From Mycobacteriales bacterium (lineage in GTDB: Bacteria > Actinomycetota > Actinomycetes > JAFAQI01): a DNA stretch of 64,000 nt. Below are positions 54,180 through 61,523 of this stretch, in pieces. Both the position numbers and the translations under genes were made by a program. Under the pieces are notes generated by a model. That model worked only from the letters and a program-made list of their open reading frames with translations, had not been told where the DNA came from and ran no database searches. The DNA lies in NCBI GenBank assembly GCA_035548125.1, contig DASZTV010000025.1, forward strand, positions 52,289 to 116,288. Direction: 5' to 3'. Numbering within the stretch: position 1 is the stretch's first letter; each line of letters starts with the position of its first letter.

Positions 54180-54653
54180 GTGGGGAACATGGCATCATCA
54201 CCCGAAAGCCCGGAAGGTCGCCCGCTGATGAGCTCTCGCCAGGACTCGGTCACCGCCGAGATGGAGCTGCGACTCGTCGTGGGCGACGGCGCCGACCGTC
54301 CGGTGCACGCGGAGCTGAGCTACTCCCCCAGCGACCCTTACGCGGTGCGCATCGGGTTTCACACCGGCGGCGACGACGTCGTCGAGTGGACCTTCGCGCG
54401 ATCGCTGCTGACCGACGGCGTCACCCACCCGGTCGGCGACGGTGACGTGCAGGTCTGGCCGGCCACCGGGAGCGGCGGCGACCAGCACGTGCGGCTGTCT
54501 CTTTCCAGCCCGTCCGGCAACGCGTTGTTCGAAGCACCGCTGCCGCAGCTGGTGCAGTTCCTGACGCAGACCTATGCGCTCGTGCCTACCGGATGCGAGA
54601 GCGACTTCGTCGACGTCGGTGCCGAGCTCGCCATCCTCCTCGGCGAGGACTAG
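54180..54653 (+). CDS. ssgB: SsgA-family sporulation/cell-division regulator (SsgB-like)
   Basis: YSPSDPYAVRIGFH...VEWTFARSLL...GDGDVQVWP...LSLSSPSGNALFEAPLPQLVQFL..TYALVP.G.E matches the SsgA-like protein pattern. Start may be the internal ATG at 54228. Confidence 0.85.
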   Translation: MGNMASSPESPEGRPLMSSRQDSVTAEMELRLVVGDGADRPVHAELSYSPSDPYAVRIGFHTGGDDVVEWTFARSLLTDGVTHPVGDGDVQVWPATGSGGDQHVRLSLSSPSGNALFEAPLPQLVQFLTQTYALVPTGCESDFVDVGAELAILLGED

Positions 54654-56185
54654 GGAATCACTGCGGCGTGGGCGGCAGCGGCTTCGAGCAGGCTGCCCGA
54701 GCTCACGAGTGATACGACCGCGTCGATCTCGGGCGCGAGGTGGCGGTCCGGTCCTGGGCCCGGCACGACCGTACGCAGCCGTTCGCGAACCGCGCCGATC
54801 GCCGGTGATGAGGTGAGCGGCGCGCGGAGGTCGAGCGCCCGCGCCGCCGTCATGAGCTCGATCGCGAGCACCCGGCGGACCAGGTCGATCGATCGCCGCA
54901 GCTTGCGCGCCGCCGACCAGCCCATCGACACGTGGTCCTCCTGCATCGCCGAGGACGGGATGGAGTCCACCGACGCGGGCGCCGCGAGCCGCTTGCACTC
55001 GCTGACCATGCCGGCCTGGGTGTACTGCGCGATCATCAGCCCGGAGTCGACGCCGGGCTCGGCCGCGAGGAACGGCGGCAGGCCGTGCGAGCGGGAGCGG
55101 TCGAGCATCCGGTCGGTACGCCGTTCGGCCATCGAGGCGAGGTCCGCCGCGGCGATCGCCAGGAAGTCGAGCACGTAGCCGACCGGCGCACCGTGGAAGT
55201 TGCCGTTGGACTCGACGCGCCCGTCGGGCAGTACGACCGGGTTGTCGATCGCCGATGCCAGCTCGTACGACGCGACGCGACGCGCGTGGTCCAGCGTGTC
55301 CCGGCAGGCACCGGCCACCTGCGGCGCGCAGCGCAGCGAGTAGGCGTCCTGCACCCTCGTGTCCTCCGGGCCGGCGTGCGAGGCGACGATCGGCGAGCCG
55401 GCGAGCAGTGCACGAAGGTTCGCGGCGGACAGCGACTGACCCGGCTGCGGCCGCAGCTGCTGGAGGTCGTCGGCAAAGACCCGGTCTGTGCCGAGCAGCG
55501 CCTCGACCGTCATCGCCGTGGCGAGGTCGGCGGTGGTCACCAGCGCCGAGAGATCCTCGATCGCGAGGACCAGCATCCCGAGCATGCCGTCCGTGCCGTT
55601 GAGCAGCGCAAGCCCCTCCTTCTCAGCGAAGGTGACCGGCGCCAGCCCGGCGGCGCGAAGCGCCGCCGCTGCGGCGACCGCCGTACCGTCCGCGCCGAGC
55701 ACCTCACCCTCGCCCATCAGGACCAGCGCACAAGCGGCAAGCGGGGCAAGGTCGCCGCTGCACCCGAGCGAGCCGAACTCGTGCACCAGCGGCGTGATGC
55801 CCGCGTTGAGCAGCGCCGCGATGGCCTGCGCGGTCTCCGGCCGCGCGCCGGTCCGCCCGGTGGCGAGGGTCCGCAGCCGCAGCAGCTGCATCGCCCGGAC
55901 CACCTCGCGCTCCACCGGCGGGCCGGAGCCGGCGGCGTGGGAGCGCACGAGCGAGCGCTGCAGGTCCGCCCGTCGCTCGCGCGGGATGTGGGTCGTGGCG
56001 AGCGCTCCGAAACCGGTCGAGACGCCGTACGCCGGCCGGTCCGACGCCGCCAGCGCGTCGACGTGCGCCCTCGACGCCGCCATCGCCTCGAGCGCGGCCG
56101 GCGCCAGCGCGACATCGGCGTCCATCCGGGTGACCGCGACCACCTCGGCGAACGTCAGCGGGTCCGGCGAGACCTGAACCGTCAC
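54650..56185 (-). CDS. hutH: Histidine ammonia-lyase (MIO-dependent aromatic amino acid lyase family)
   Basis: 511 aa. YGVSTGFG, and the MIO signature GSLGCSGDLAPLA, which fits the PAL/histidase signature pattern where the residue before S-G may be S, A or C. NGNFHG. Confidence 0.88.
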   Translation of the reverse strand: MTVQVSPDPLTFAEVVAVTRMDADVALAPAALEAMAASRAHVDALAASDRPAYGVSTGFGALATTHIPRERRADLQRSLVRSHAAGSGPPVEREVVRAMQLLRLRTLATGRTGARPETAQAIAALLNAGITPLVHEFGSLGCSGDLAPLAACALVLMGEGEVLGADGTAVAAAAALRAAGLAPVTFAEKEGLALLNGTDGMLGMLVLAIEDLSALVTTADLATAMTVEALLGTDRVFADDLQQLRPQPGQSLSAANLRALLAGSPIVASHAGPEDTRVQDAYSLRCAPQVAGACRDTLDHARRVASYELASAIDNPVVLPDGRVESNGNFHGAPVGYVLDFLAIAAADLASMAERRTDRMLDRSRSHGLPPFLAAEPGVDSGLMIAQYTQAGMVSECKRLAAPASVDSIPSSAMQEDHVSMGWSAARKLRRSIDLVRRVLAIELMTAARALDLRAPLTSSPAIGAVRERLRTVVPGPGPDRHLAPEIDAVVSLVSSGSLLEAAAAHAAVIP

Positions 56186-57000
56186 GGATCCGGCTCCGCG
56201 CTGCGCTGGGCGAACACCTCGGCGGCACGCAACGTCAGCGGCCCGGGAACGGCGGGAAGCGGCTTTCCGTCGACCGCGCGGATCGGCTGCACGTCACGAG
56301 TCGATGAGGCCAGGAACGCCTCGTCGGCCTCGGCCAGCGCGGCGAGCGGAAGCGGCCGCTCGGACACGTCTCCCAGCCATTCGACGATCAGGTCCCGGGT
56401 GATGCCGGCAAGGCAGCCGCTCGACACGGGTGGGGTGATCAACTCGCCTCGGACGCCGACGAACACGTTGCTACCCGTGCCCTCGCACAGCTCGCCGCGC
56501 GTGTTGGCGAAGATCGCCTCGGCGGCGCCTCGCTGGTGTGCGTAGTCGAGGGCGACGACGTTGTCGGCGTACGACGTGGTCTTCAGTCCCGCGGTCGCGG
56601 CCCGCTCGTTGCGGGTCCACGGCACCGTCACGACGTCGGCGGTCGGCGGCCACTCGGCGAGCGGCGCGGTGGCGACGATCACGGTTGCCGGGTTCGTGCC
56701 GCGGTCGCTGCCGTAGGGAGACGGACCGCCGGTCAGCGTCACGCGCAGCCGTGCGCGGTCGGGAGTGTCCGCAGCCAGGACCGCGTCAATCCCGGCGCGG
56801 ATCAGGTCGAGGTCCACGGGAAGCCCGAGCCCGGTGGCGGATGAGACAAGCCGTTCGAGATGTCGGGACAGCGCGAACGGCCGCCCCCCGATCACCTTCA
56901 TCGTCTCGAACACGCCGTCGCCGACCGTGACCCCGTGGTCGTCGGCCCGCAGGACCGGCTGGCTCGCCTCGACGATGCGGCCGTCCACCCAGAGCGTCAC
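56182..57000 (-). CDS. Class IV aminotransferase family protein (aminodeoxychorismate lyase / BCAT-like)
   Basis: GTG at 57000 (GTGA overlap with the upstream gene). GDGVFETMKV, RHLERL and ITPP..SGCLAGITR motifs are typical of fold-type IV PLP enzymes. Confidence 0.8.
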   Translation of the reverse strand: MTLWVDGRIVEASQPVLRADDHGVTVGDGVFETMKVIGGRPFALSRHLERLVSSATGLGLPVDLDLIRAGIDAVLAADTPDRARLRVTLTGGPSPYGSDRGTNPATVIVATAPLAEWPPTADVVTVPWTRNERAATAGLKTTSYADNVVALDYAHQRGAAEAIFANTRGELCEGTGSNVFVGVRGELITPPVSSGCLAGITRDLIVEWLGDVSERPLPLAALAEADEAFLASSTRDVQPIRAVDGKPLPAVPGPLTLRAAEVFAQRSAEPDP

Positions 57001-57965
57001 TGCTGCCGCCGCATCGCCAGGCCGGCGGCGACCTCGAGCAGGCACATGGCGGCGAGGCGGACGGTGCGCCCGTCTTCGGCGTCCCGCGTCGCGTCGATCT
57101 CGGTGAGGTCCACGGCGCGCACGCGCGGGTCCGCGCCTGCGGCGTAGGCGGCGCCGAGCATCTCCGCGGCGGACAGGCCGCCGGGCAGGCTCGCCGCGCA
57201 GGCCGGGGCCACGGACCGGTCGCAGGCGTCCAGGTCGAGGTCCACGTAGATGCCGCCCTTGCCGGACCCGGCGACGTCGAGCGCCTGCCGCATGCAGTCG
57301 CCGATGCCCCGCGCCGCCACCTCGCCCCGGCCGATCACCGACACCCCGCGCGCGTGCGCCTCCGTGGCGTACGAGCGGCTGTTCGCCCAGTCGGCGATGC
57401 CGACCTGGACGATCTGCTCGCCCGGTACGCCGGCCCCGATCAGGTCCCGGACCGGGGTGCCGTTGCTGCGGCCCTCGCGCAGGTCGTGGTGCGCGTCGAG
57501 CGTCACCAACCCGGCCTTCGCGAGGCCCTCGCCGAACACCCCGGCCATCGCGGGGTAGGTGAGCGAGTTGTCACCGCCGACGACCACGACCAGCCGCGCC
57601 TTGGCCGCGGCGGTCTCCACGGCGGTCCGCACCCGCCACTCGCCCTCGACCGCCATGTCCGGGTCGTCCACGTCTCCGCGGTCCCACACCGAGATCGCCT
57701 CGGCCAGATCGAGCTTGCGCGACGGCGACCAGGTGGAGAGCCGGTCCAGCGCCCGCCGCAACGCCGCAGGCGTGGCGTGGGCGCCGGAGGTCGACAGAGA
57801 GGTGGCGAACGTGGGCACCCCGATGACCGCCAGGTCGACGTCGCGGTCCCCCGGACCGCCCGCCAGCCAGTCGCCGGCGCTCGGCCACCGATGGTCCCCC
57901 CGGACGGCGCTCACGTGGCGATGCTGCCATGTGGGCGGCGTACCCATGTAGAGTCGACGACGCAC
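56997..57965 (-). CDS. Arginase-family hydrolase (formimidoylglutamase/agmatinase-like)
   Basis: VVVGGDNSLTYP, LDAHHDLR and DLDLDACD are Mn-binding motifs of the ureohydrolase family. Start is uncertain (GTG 57965, ATG 57947 or GTG 57914). Confidence 0.85.
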   Translation of the reverse strand: MRRRLYMGTPPTWQHRHVSAVRGDHRWPSAGDWLAGGPGDRDVDLAVIGVPTFATSLSTSGAHATPAALRRALDRLSTWSPSRKLDLAEAISVWDRGDVDDPDMAVEGEWRVRTAVETAAAKARLVVVVGGDNSLTYPAMAGVFGEGLAKAGLVTLDAHHDLREGRSNGTPVRDLIGAGVPGEQIVQVGIADWANSRSYATEAHARGVSVIGRGEVAARGIGDCMRQALDVAGSGKGGIYVDLDLDACDRSVAPACAASLPGGLSAAEMLGAAYAAGADPRVRAVDLTEIDATRDAEDGRTVRLAAMCLLEVAAGLAMRRQQ

Positions 57966-57990
57966 GATTCCTGCTACGGCTGGGTCGCGT

Positions 57991-58063
57991 GCGGACGTAG
58001 CGCAGCTGGTAGCGCATCACCTTGCCAAGGTGAGGGTCGCGGGTTCGAATCCCGTCGTCCGCT
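57991..58063 (+). tRNA. tRNA-Gly (anticodon GCC)
   Basis: Hand-folded: acceptor GCGGACG/CGTCCGC, anticodon stem TCACC/GGTGA with loop UUGCCAA, T arm GCGGG-TTCGAAT-CCCGT. No encoded CCA. Confidence 0.93.
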
Positions 58064-58077
58064 CGGTGGGCGCCCTT

Positions 58078-58105
58078 CGCTTGACGGCAAACGCTTGACG
58101 GCAAA
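58078..58105 (+). repeat. Exact tandem duplication of the 14-mer CGCTTGACGGCAAA between tRNA-Gly and tRNA-Cys
   Basis: Read directly: two adjacent identical units, each containing TTGACG. Confidence 0.8.
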
Positions 58106-58134
58106 GTGCGCCCATCCGCTTGGTTACGAAACCA

Positions 58135-58206
58135 GGCGGGTTGGCCGAGTGGCTTAGGCAAGGGCCTGCAAAGCCCTGTACGCGGGTTCGATTCCCGCAC
58201 CCGCCT
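58135..58206 (+). tRNA. tRNA-Cys (anticodon GCA)
   Basis: Hand-folded: acceptor GGCGGGT/ACCCGCC, anticodon stem AGGGC/GCCCT with loop CUGCAAA, T arm GCGGG-TTCGATT-CCCGC. Confidence 0.92.
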
Positions 58207-58229
58207 CAGTACGCTCTAGTACGAAGTAC

Positions 58230-58307
58230 GGGCGATTGGCGCAGTCTGGCTAGCGCGCTTCCCTGACACGGAAGAGGTCACAGGTTCAAGTCCTGTATCG
58301 CCCACCA
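58230..58307 (+). tRNA. tRNA-Val (anticodon GAC)
   Basis: Hand-folded: acceptor GGGCGAT/ATCGCCC, anticodon stem CTTCC/GGAAG with loop CUGACAC, T arm ACAGG-TTCAAGT-CCTGT, and CCA encoded. Confidence 0.93.
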
Positions 58308-58312
58308 AACGC

Positions 58313-58358
58313 TTTGTGAGCTGTCCGCTACAGCGGGCGGTACGTAGCGGTTCACAAA
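58313..58358. repeat. Palindromic repeat copy C (degenerate, opposite orientation of the central loop): TTTGTGAGC...CTACAGCGGGCGGTA...GGTTCACAAA
   Basis: 43-nt core, with 35 of 43 identities to the reverse complement of copy A by hand alignment. It lies between the 3' end of tRNA-Val and the stop of the convergent protease gene. Confidence 0.7.
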
Positions 58359-58362
58359 GCGG

Positions 58363-60276
58363 TCAGCCCTCGGGCGGCACGTCGCCGTCTCCCCCGCCGT
58401 CGCCACCATCACAGTCACACGGCACGTCGACGTTGATCGCGAGCGTCAGCAGCCCGCGGGTCACCTGGCTGAGCCGGACGTGATGGTTGCGGACCAGCGT
58501 CGTCGTGCCGTCCGGCGACGGCGTCGACAGCGAAGCGACCACGTCGTTGCCGTGCGGCAAGGCCTTCAGCAGCTTCATCAGCCCCGCGAACGACGTGACA
58601 GTGGAGGTGTCCGGGCCCGCGGCCGCGATGTCGCCGCCGCCCGCCACCTGGATCGTCCCGGAGCCCGCCGACGCGCTGTCGGGGATGTGCACGGACAGCT
58701 TCACGGTCCTGGTCTTGTGGCTGTTGCGGTAGGCCGCGAGCGACACCTTCAGCTGGACGTCGTCGCCCGGCGCGACGTCCAACGTGGTGGCCGGAGTCAC
58801 CTCCTGCCAGCCGTCGCCGTCGTTGGCCGACAGGCCGCGGATCTCCCATTCCTTGACCGTCTGCGTGGCCGTCGCGTGCGCGGTCACCTTGGTGACGGTG
58901 AGGGCGTCGAACGGGTTGTCGACGATCGTCGAGAGCATCGTGAACAGCTGCCACGACGTACCGAACTCGACGTCGAACGGGTCGGTGTAGAGGTCGCTGC
59001 GGTGGAAGCTCCACCGCTTGCCGTCGTCCATCCGCCCGGAGACCGTCCAGCTGAACGACGACGAGCCGGCGCCTTCGTGCTGGGTCGTGGTGAGCAGGTT
59101 GTAGTACGTCGAGCCGCCGGTCGCGTCGGCGACCTCCTCCACCAGCGGCGTACGCGTGACGCCCCTGCGCGTGAGGCCGGTGCCAGGCGCGGTGGCCCGG
59201 GTCGTGATGATCGTCTGGACGGGCGTCCGGCCCAGCGTGGCCCGGATCCCGGGCAGCCGGTCCTGGTCGAGCGTTCCGACGAGATGACCGATGTTCGCCA
59301 TCACGAACGACGGGCCGGTCGGGTCACGCTGCACGTAGAGGACCCGGGCGGCGTTCGCCGTCTCGCTCGTCGCGCCGCTGAGCGCCATCGGGTGCCCGAA
59401 CGCCAGCACCTTGTGGCCGCAGACGGCGGTCACCGTGCCGACGCCGCCGATCGTGTAGGCGCCGGACGCGATCGTGACCGCGAACGGCGCCCCTGGCCGG
59501 ATGTTTGCCGCCGAGCCGCTGCGCTGCACGCCACGCGCACTGCCGGCATGAAGAGAGAACGAGCTCATTCCGGCCTGCCGCAGCCGGGCGCGCAGGTCGG
59601 GCCACCGGCTGCTGGGCAGCCCCACGACCGTGATCGGGGTGCGCAGCGGCGCGAGGTCGGCGGGTCCTTCGCCCGACGCACCGCTCCCGGACACCATCCG
59701 GCTGGGAACCGCGACGTGCTTCGCGTACGTCGGTGGCGTGACCCGGCGGTCGTCGAGCAGCTGGTACATCGCGGCGGCGGGCGTCACGCCGGCCTTGTTG
59801 GTCGCCCCGAAGGACAGCCCGTAGGAAAGCGCTCCGATGAGCCGGCCGTCACCGGCGTAGATCGGCGATCCCGACATTCCCTCCCAGGTGCCGTTGCGCT
59901 TGGTCATTGCGGAGTGGGTCGAGATCACGATCATGTCGAGGCCCGGCGCGATGCCGTCCTTGAGCACGCCGAGCACGGTCACCGCGAACGGCGTCGGAGT
60001 GCGGCCCTTGACCGTCGTGTAGCCGGTGCCGCGCAGCCCCGCGTGGACCTCGCTCAGCGGATAGATCGCCGGGCAGCCGGCGGAGCCGTAGCCCGCCGGA
60101 TGCTTGGCGTGCGCCTCAGCGGCGGACCCGCTCGCGCTGACCGGGGCGACGACCAGCGTCAGCCCGAGGACAGCCGCAACGACGGCGCCGCGGGCAACCA
60201 AACGACGGCGAGCAAGCGAGATCGGCACGGTCCCCCCACATGTCCGGACAAGAAGTCTTTGCGTGTAGACGCGCAT
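58363..60276 (-). CDS. Secreted chymotrypsin-fold serine protease, SpoIVB-like (peptidase S55-like) N-terminal domain with a large uncharacterised C-terminal region
   Basis: 637 aa. Arg-rich n-region plus a hydrophobic signal (AVVAAVLGLTLVVAPVSASG). GTWEGMSGSPIYAGDGRLIGALSYG resembles the SpoIVB catalytic Ser motif. Tail is ...VPCDCDGGDGGGDGDVPPEG. Family assignment is from memory of the motif only. Confidence 0.6.
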   Translation of the reverse strand: MRVYTQRLLVRTCGGTVPISLARRRLVARGAVVAAVLGLTLVVAPVSASGSAAEAHAKHPAGYGSAGCPAIYPLSEVHAGLRGTGYTTVKGRTPTPFAVTVLGVLKDGIAPGLDMIVISTHSAMTKRNGTWEGMSGSPIYAGDGRLIGALSYGLSFGATNKAGVTPAAAMYQLLDDRRVTPPTYAKHVAVPSRMVSGSGASGEGPADLAPLRTPITVVGLPSSRWPDLRARLRQAGMSSFSLHAGSARGVQRSGSAANIRPGAPFAVTIASGAYTIGGVGTVTAVCGHKVLAFGHPMALSGATSETANAARVLYVQRDPTGPSFVMANIGHLVGTLDQDRLPGIRATLGRTPVQTIITTRATAPGTGLTRRGVTRTPLVEEVADATGGSTYYNLLTTTQHEGAGSSSFSWTVSGRMDDGKRWSFHRSDLYTDPFDVEFGTSWQLFTMLSTIVDNPFDALTVTKVTAHATATQTVKEWEIRGLSANDGDGWQEVTPATTLDVAPGDDVQLKVSLAAYRNSHKTRTVKLSVHIPDSASAGSGTIQVAGGGDIAAAGPDTSTVTSFAGLMKLLKALPHGNDVVASLSTPSPDGTTTLVRNHHVRLSQVTRGLLTLAINVDVPCDCDGGDGGGDGDVPPEG

Positions 60277-60315
60277 CTTGCCCGAAAGGTTCCCCTGCCG
60301 CGCGCGGTGGGGCGG

Positions 60316-60549
60316 TTAGGTCTGGCCGAGCCCTCCGCTGAGCGGCCGAACGGTGGCGTGGGAGCCTCCCGCGCGCGCCTCGGGCGAGCTCAGCCACGTG
60401 GCGATCGCCTGCGCCAGGGTCGCGTGGACCTGAGCGGAGGCGAGCGTCAGCGTCTTGTCCGGGCCGGTCTGCGAGGCAGCAGTGTTGACCTGCGCGCGGG
60501 CCCGGTCGACGTGGAGCGCGAAGTCGTGGGTCGTGTACGGAGCAGGCAT
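60316..60549 (-). CDS. Small hypothetical protein (77 aa)
   Basis: About 90% G/C at third codon positions by hand count, which supports real coding. No recognisable motif and no obvious SD. Confidence 0.5.
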   Translation of the reverse strand: MPAPYTTHDFALHVDRARAQVNTAASQTGPDKTLTLASAQVHATLAQAIATWLSSPEARAGGSHATVRPLSGGLGQT

Positions 60550-60585
60550 GCCAGAAACGGTAATCCGCTCAGCGCGACGATGTGG

Positions 60586-61290
60586 CTAGGTACACGGCTC
60601 GCCACCGATTCGGCCTAGCGGCGTGATCCGCGCCCGGTTCACCCGGCTCGCGTCGTACCTGCCGTGACCGACGCCCCGACCGGACGTCAGCTCCACGAAG
60701 GCGCCGAGGCTGGAGTTCCCATAGCGTTGCCCGATCGCCTTGCTCATGTAGATGGCCTGCTGACATGAGAACGCCTTCAGCGCGTACACCGCGCGCTCCT
60801 TGCCCGGCAGCAGCTCGGTCCGAACGGCGGCCAGCGCGAGCTGGGCGGTCACCGCAGGCGAGAACCGTACGATCCGGCGGTACGGGCTGCCCGAGACGTC
60901 GAGCGGCCGGCCGAGCTCCCGGCCGATGGCACCGGCGAGCTTCACGCAGTCGCTGCCCTTACGGGCGTTCGCGACGAGCTCGGCCTCGGCAACCGCGCCG
61001 GCCGGCACGTCGAGGCGCGCGCGACGTACCCGCTCGGCCAGTGCCTCGACGGCATCGGTGAGGGCCTTCACCGAGCTGTCCATGCAGCGCCGCTCGAGCT
61101 CACGAAGCGGCCTGAGGTAGGTACGGACCCGGGGCGGCTGATGGTCGGCCGCGGCCAGACTCGAGGCCAGGTCGGCCACGGTGACCGCACGTGGTGCGGC
61201 CTCGTGCGGACGGTCTGTCGTGCTGGCTGCGGGCGCGCACGCCACGGCGCACACGAGCACCAGCAGCGCGGCGGCGACCCGCTTGGGCAG
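60586..61290 (-). CDS. Putative lipoprotein of unknown function (start uncertain)
   Basis: (L/M)PKRVAAALLVLVCAVACAPAAS is a textbook lipoprotein signal with lipobox AVAC. The only in-frame start downstream of the upstream gene's stop is CTG at 61290. The alternative, GTG at 61341, overlaps the upstream gene. Four further Cys residues in the mature part. Confidence 0.6.
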   Translation of the reverse strand: MPKRVAAALLVLVCAVACAPAASTTDRPHEAAPRAVTVADLASSLAAADHQPPRVRTYLRPLRELERRCMDSSVKALTDAVEALAERVRRARLDVPAGAVAEAELVANARKGSDCVKLAGAIGRELGRPLDVSGSPYRRIVRFSPAVTAQLALAAVRTELLPGKERAVYALKAFSCQQAIYMSKAIGQRYGNSSLGAFVELTSGRGVGHGRYDASRVNRARITPLGRIGGEPCT

Positions 61291-61295
61291 CGGAG

Positions 61296-61523
61296 CTACT
61301 CGCTCTGCTGCGCCGGGCCGGGCCCGAACTCGCTCACCGACTCCATGATCCCGGCGAGCCACGCCCAGATGCTGCCGCCGACGAACAGGCCGATACCGAC
61401 CCAGAACCCCGGCCAGTTCCACTCGATCAGGGCGATCCCGCCGACGATCGTGCCGGCGATGATCACAAAGGTGGCTGCCCAGATTGACGCTGAGGCGTCG
61501 TGCCCTCCGGTCTGGCCGGCCAT
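61296..61523 (-). CDS. Small two-TM membrane protein (HGxxPAAW-like, tentative)
   Basis: 75 aa. ATG with GAGGAGGA 6 nt upstream. GGHDASASIW followed by two Gly/Ile-rich TM helices. High GC3. Confidence 0.7.
   Translation of the reverse strand: MAGQTGGHDASASIWAATFVIIAGTIVGGIALIEWNWPGFWVGIGLFVGGSIWAWLAGIMESVSEFGPGPAQQSE

Noticed and set aside
55754-55762. Cys-Ser-Gly instead of Ala-Ser-Gly at the MIO-forming triad of the histidine ammonia-lyase
   Set aside because: The PAL/histidase signature pattern allows S, A or C before Ser-Gly, and I recall GCSGDLAPL in actinobacterial HutH proteins. It is probably a normal lineage variant rather than a novelty.
58078-58105. The tandem 14-mer as a CRISPR-like or minisatellite array
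   Set aside because: There are only two units, with no spacers and no cas genes, so it is a simple duplication.
58480-60618. 712-aa plus-strand ORF opposite the protease gene
   Set aside because: The minus-strand frame has a signal peptide and a serine-protease motif. The plus-strand translation is an Arg-rich artefact that also spans two minus-strand genes.
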